From Acidobacteriota bacterium (GTDB lineage Bacteria; Acidobacteriota; Blastocatellia; RBC074), in contig JANRKX010000083.1 in NCBI GenBank assembly GCA_033763255.1, forward strand, positions 19,061 through 83,060: a stretch of 64,000 nt of DNA. Reading direction: 5' to 3'. This document shows positions 60,434-64,000 of the stretch, piece after piece; position 1 is the first letter of the stretch; every line of letters begins with the position of its first letter. Under the pieces are notes generated by a model. That model ran no database searches and was not told the DNA's origin. It saw only the letters and a list, made by a program, of their open reading frames with translations. Both the position numbers and the translations under genes were made by a program.

Positions 60434-62485
60434 TTACATTTTTTCCGGCACTTCTATGCCCAACAGCGAAAGCGCCTGAGCCAGCTTTTGTCGCACGACA
60501 TCTACCGCTGCCAGCAAAACAGTTTTTCGTCTAGCGTCGGACTCTTTCAGGATATGGAATCGTTTGTCCTGATAAAAGGTGTTGAACTGGTCGGCCAGTT
60601 GAAACGCATACTTGGCCACGTGCGTAGGCTCAAAAGCGTTGGCCGAAACTTGCACCACGTCGTCCAGCCGCGAAGCGAAATAAACCAGCGACCACAGCAC
60701 GTCGCCTGCTTCGCCCGTGAATTGCGCGGCGATTTCGTCCGGCGACAACTGCGCGAAATCTGCGCGAACGTCATCCGCCGAACGACCAAGCTCCGTGAAG
60801 ATGTTGCTCAAACGACGCACGGAGTATTGCAGGTAAGGGCCGGTTTCGCCGCGGAACTTCAAGGCTTCTTCAAAGTCGAACGCGATGATCGAAGTGCGCG
60901 TGTATTTCAGCAGGAAGTATCGCAATGCAGCGACGGCAATTTGCCGTGCGATTTTTTGCTGCTGCGTTTCACCCAGGTCGGCGTTGCGCGATTGGACTTC
61001 GGCCAGGGCTTTGGCTTCCAGGCGATCAATCAAATCATCGGCTTTGACGCCCAGGCCTTTGCGCCCGGACATGCCGATTTGCTGGCGTTGCTGGTCGGCT
61101 TCGGAAAGTTCTGTTCCCAGCTCGATTGCCGCCGCTGGAGTCAGCGTGACTTTTTCATAAGCCAAATGCGCGCTGCGGGCGACGCGATCCAGTTCTTCTT
61201 TGGACGCCGCCAACATCATCACGCCTTTTTTGACGTTGGCTTGCGGGTAAGCCTGACCAACGTCAATCACGTTCAAAAACGCAGTGCCGTTGCCAAACTG
61301 CGGGTGAGTCGCGCTGCCAGCGGATTCGTCGCCGGTTGTGATCCAGACTTCGCGCCCGTGATGATCGTGGCGCAACAGTCGGTAATGAAAATCCAGGCCG
61401 AGCTTGCCCAGCTTCCACAGGTGATAGGCAATGTCTTTGCCCGTGTAAGTCACCGTCCCATTCGAACGAACAATGATCTTGTCAGCGTCATGTTCGCTTT
61501 CTGCGTCACTCTGCCCCTCTGTCTCTCCTTCGCCCCGTCCTTCTTCAGCTCGCATCACCCAACAGCCTTTGTTGCGGCCTTCGGTTTCAAAGACGATGAC
61601 GCCGCTGGCTTTCAACTTTTCAAAGGCGTGCGCCCAGAAATGCAGATGCAGGATTTCGCTTTCGCGCGCCAGCAAATCGTAGCTGATGTCCAGCCGAGCC
61701 ATAGTTTCCAAATGGCAATCCACGATGCGCGAAGAAATGTATTCGCCGATTTCAGCCGTCGCGTTGTTGCCTTCTTCGATCTCGTGCAAGGTTTGCGCGC
61801 GCACCGCCAGCCGGGTTTTGTCTTCTTCGTACCACTGTCCCACGCGGGAATAGAGTTCCCAACAGTAGTAATCAAAACTGTCTTCTCGCTTTTCGACCGA
61901 ACGCTCGGCAATGGCTTTGATGTCGGCCAGCGATTTGTTTTCCAGGTGCATGAATCCAACCACCACGTCTGCGACTTGCACGCCTGTGTTGTCAATGTAG
62001 TTATGAATCTCAACCGTTTCGCCCGTCGCTTTCAGAATGCGCGCCGTCGTATCGCCCAACACAGAGTTGCGAACGTGGCCGATGTGCGCGGCTTTGTTCG
62101 GATTGATCGAAGTGTGTTCGACAATCAACTTGGATTGCGGATTGCGGATTGCGGATTGCGAATTCACTGCGGCGAGTTGCGCAAAGGTTTCGGCGCGGTT
62201 GAAGAAAACGTTCAAGTAACCAGGTCCAGCGATTTCGACACGGGCTACGCCTGGGATGGCTTTCAACTCTTCCGCCAATTTGGTGGCGATTTCGCGCGGA
62301 TTTTTCTTTTCGCCGGTCGCGGCTTTGATGCGTTTGGCCAGGTCGAAAGCCAGCGGAAACGCCAGGTCGCCGAGTTCGGTTTTTGGCGGGATTTCGGAAA
62401 CCACGTCGTCCAGTTCCAGATTGAAATTGTCGCGCACCAGAGCGATCAGTTTCGTTTTGATTTCGTTCGTCAGCGATGAAGCCAT
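60434..62485 (-). CDS. argS: Arginine-tRNA ligase
   Basis: [18 protein letters not shown] (HIGH), [16 protein letters not shown]-terminal LGIEVPEKM. Confidence 0.96.
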   Translation of the reverse strand: MASSLTNEIKTKLIALVRDNFNLELDDVVSEIPPKTELGDLAFPLAFDLAKRIKAATGEKKNPREIATKLAEELKAIPGVARVEIAGPGYLNVFFNRAETFAQLAAVNSQSAIRNPQSKLIVEHTSINPNKAAHIGHVRNSVLGDTTARILKATGETVEIHNYIDNTGVQVADVVVGFMHLENKSLADIKAIAERSVEKREDSFDYYCWELYSRVGQWYEEDKTRLAVRAQTLHEIEEGNNATAEIGEYISSRIVDCHLETMARLDISYDLLARESEILHLHFWAHAFEKLKASGVIVFETEGRNKGCWVMRAEEGRGEGETEGQSDAESEHDADKIIVRSNGTVTYTGKDIAYHLWKLGKLGLDFHYRLLRHDHHGREVWITTGDESAGSATHPQFGNGTAFLNVIDVGQAYPQANVKKGVMMLAASKEELDRVARSAHLAYEKVTLTPAAAIELGTELSEADQQRQQIGMSGRKGLGVKADDLIDRLEAKALAEVQSRNADLGETQQQKIARQIAVAALRYFLLKYTRTSIIAFDFEEALKFRGETGPYLQYSVRRLSNIFTELGRSADDVRADFAQLSPDEIAAQFTGEAGDVLWSLVYFASRLDDVVQVSANAFEPTHVAKYAFQLADQFNTFYQDKRFHILKESDARRKTVLLAAVDVVRQKLAQALSLLGIEVPEKM
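62132..62159. repeat. (GGATTGC)4 heptamer microsatellite inside argS
   Basis: Four perfect copies encoding [10 protein letters not shown] just before the catalytic domain. Confidence 0.85.
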
Positions 62486-62584
62486 CGTTGTTTGCTAACT
62501 CCTGTCAGGAAATTTGCGCGACAGCCCAAGGGCGCGCGCTTGCCCAAATTTAAGTTCGAGGTGTATAAACTCCGCCAGTTCTTT

Positions 62585-62660
<76 letters not shown>

Positions 62661-62670
62661 AGAAACTTAT

Positions 62671-62698
62671 CAAGGCGATCAGCAATGGTCGCTTTTTT
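62671..62698 (+). terminator. Probable terminator after tRNA
   Basis: aggcgatca-gcaa-tggtcgctttttt. Confidence 0.55.
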
Positions 62699-62714
62699 CG
62701 TTTGAGATATTTTC

Positions 62715-62789
62715 AACGCAAAGACGCCAAGTGGTAAAAGACGCAAAGAAAACTCTTGTTGCGCCTTTGCCGCTTGGCGTCTTTGCGTT
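62715..62789. repeat. Nonamer tandem-repeat hairpin (ACGCAAAG/ACGCCAAG type)
   Basis: aacgcaaagacgccaag..gacgcaaag ... ctttgccgcttggcgtctttgcgtt. Confidence 0.65.
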
Positions 62790-62803
62790 TTCAGATTAGC
62801 TGA

Positions 62804-64000
62804 TTACAGGCTCAGTGCTTCTTTCACCAAAGCTTGCTGTTCCAATTGGTGAATCGCATAAGAGCCGGTAGCCGGGCTGGCGCTGGCGAGGCGGCCAACG
62901 TAACGAAGCTCCTGTCCGGTTCGTTTCAATCCTTGCAACCAAGGGCGAATGAAATTCCAACCACCCATGTTTTGCGGTTCTTCCTGCACCCAGAACAATT
63001 GTTTGGCATTGCTGAACGAAGACAGCAAGCGTTGCAGCAAACTCAGCGGAAACGGATAAAACTGTTCCAGGCGCAAAATGGCGATACGCCCCGCTCCATC
63101 GCTGTCGCGGTTCTGATCCGCCAGCAGGTCGTAATACACCTTGCCGCTGCACACCAACACGCGCTCGACATTGGCCGGGTTCACGGCGTCACCAATCACT
63201 GGATGAAAGCCTCCGCCGGTGAATTGATCCAGCGTCGAAACTGCCGCCGGCAATCGCAGCAAGCTTTTCGGCGTCATCACCACCAACGGTTTCCGCAACT
63301 CTTGCCTGACTTGCCGCCTCAGCAAATGAAAATACTGCGCCGGAGTCGTCGGATAACAAACCTGCATGTTGTCTTCAGCGCAAAGCTGCAAATACCGTTC
63401 AAGTCGCGCGCTGGAATGTTCCGGCCCCTGGCCTTCGTAACCGTGCGGCAGCAACATCACCAACCGCGAAGTTTGTTTCCATTTGTCTTCGCTGGGTGAA
63501 ATGAACTGATCCATCAACACCTGAGCGCCGTTGGCAAAATCGCCGAATTGCGCTTCCCACATTGTCAATCCGTCGCGCGAAACAACCGAATAACCGTATT
63601 CGTAACCCAGCACGCCGGCTTCGGACAGCGAACTGTCAAAAACTTCAAACTTGACGCCGTCTTTTTGCAAAACTTCCAGCGGAGTCCACGAATCGCCGGT
63701 TTGAGTGTCGTACAAAATCGCGTGGCGTTGGCTGAAAGTGCCTCGCCCGCAATCTTGCCCGGACAATCGGACTGAAGTTCCTTCAGTAATCAACGAACCG
63801 AATGCCAGGCCTTCGGCAAAGCCCCAATCAATCGCAATTTCTCCGCTGCCCATCTTGGCGCGGCGAGACATCTGGCTGACCATTTTCGGATTGATCGTGA
63901 AGCCCTGCGGCACGACGCTCATCGTGCGCGAAACTTCGTCCAGCACGCCACGCGCGACGCCGGTTTCCAGCACGGTCGAACCGTCCATATCCGGTTTCAT
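62804..64000 (-). CDS. sucA: 2-oxoglutarate dehydrogenase E1, C-terminal part (5' end beyond window)
   Basis: RLSGQDCGRGTFSQRH, WEAQFGDFANGAQ, LPHGYEGQGPEHSSARLER, WVQEEPQNMG. Confidence 0.96.
   Translation of the reverse strand: MKPDMDGSTVLETGVARGVLDEVSRTMSVVPQGFTINPKMVSQMSRRAKMGSGEIAIDWGFAEGLAFGSLITEGTSVRLSGQDCGRGTFSQRHAILYDTQTGDSWTPLEVLQKDGVKFEVFDSSLSEAGVLGYEYGYSVVSRDGLTMWEAQFGDFANGAQVLMDQFISPSEDKWKQTSRLVMLLPHGYEGQGPEHSSARLERYLQLCAEDNMQVCYPTTPAQYFHLLRRQVRQELRKPLVVMTPKSLLRLPAAVSTLDQFTGGGFHPVIGDAVNPANVERVLVCSGKVYYDLLADQNRDSDGAGRIAILRLEQFYPFPLSLLQRLLSSFSNAKQLFWVQEEPQNMGGWNFIRPWLQGLKRTGQELRYVGRLASASPATGSYAIHQLEQQALVKEALSL

Noticed and set aside
60410-62479. Long antisense or alternate-frame ORFs (e.g. 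60410-62479 +, 1355-2422 -, 20930-22174 +, 28140-29549 +, 47975-49168 +)
   Set aside because: They shadow well-identified genes and have no motifs; expected from codon bias in moderately GC-rich DNA.

Overview
Bacterial chromosomal window, very probably Acidobacteriota (likely Blastocatellia). This rests on Acidobacteria-typical families: two VWFA-related proteins, a Solibacter-type C-terminal domain protein, an Oar-type TonB receptor and an ECF sigma/Ser-Thr kinase pair. The housekeeping backbone is clpB(partial)-grpE-groEL-clpA/C, etfBA, an M1 aminopeptidase, a cytochrome c oxidase operon, glmU-glmS, htrA, aroF, a DPP-IV peptidase, argS, tRNA-Glu(CTC) and sucA(partial). The strongest candidate for an undescribed system is 5.6-16.2 kb. 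There an ECF sigma factor and a WD40 Ser/Thr kinase diverge from an operon of DUF2569, a radical SAM/SPASM enzyme, an 814-aa protein, an ankyrin lipoprotein and a Zn-ribbon membrane protein. The 814-aa protein carries a Tat signal, WD40 propeller repeats, two Cys-rich PCGxPIPxGxTCTCNC repeats and a self-cleaving peptidase-S74 chaperone domain. Other points of note: a BrnT/BrnA pair inside the oxidase operon, a triple 7-2-7 operator after a NarL-type two-component system, a 14-repeat Kelch protein with hypervariable loops, intergenic repeat elements present in-frame inside apbE and argS, and three genes with nonsense lesions. All product calls come from motif recognition by eye; no database search was run.
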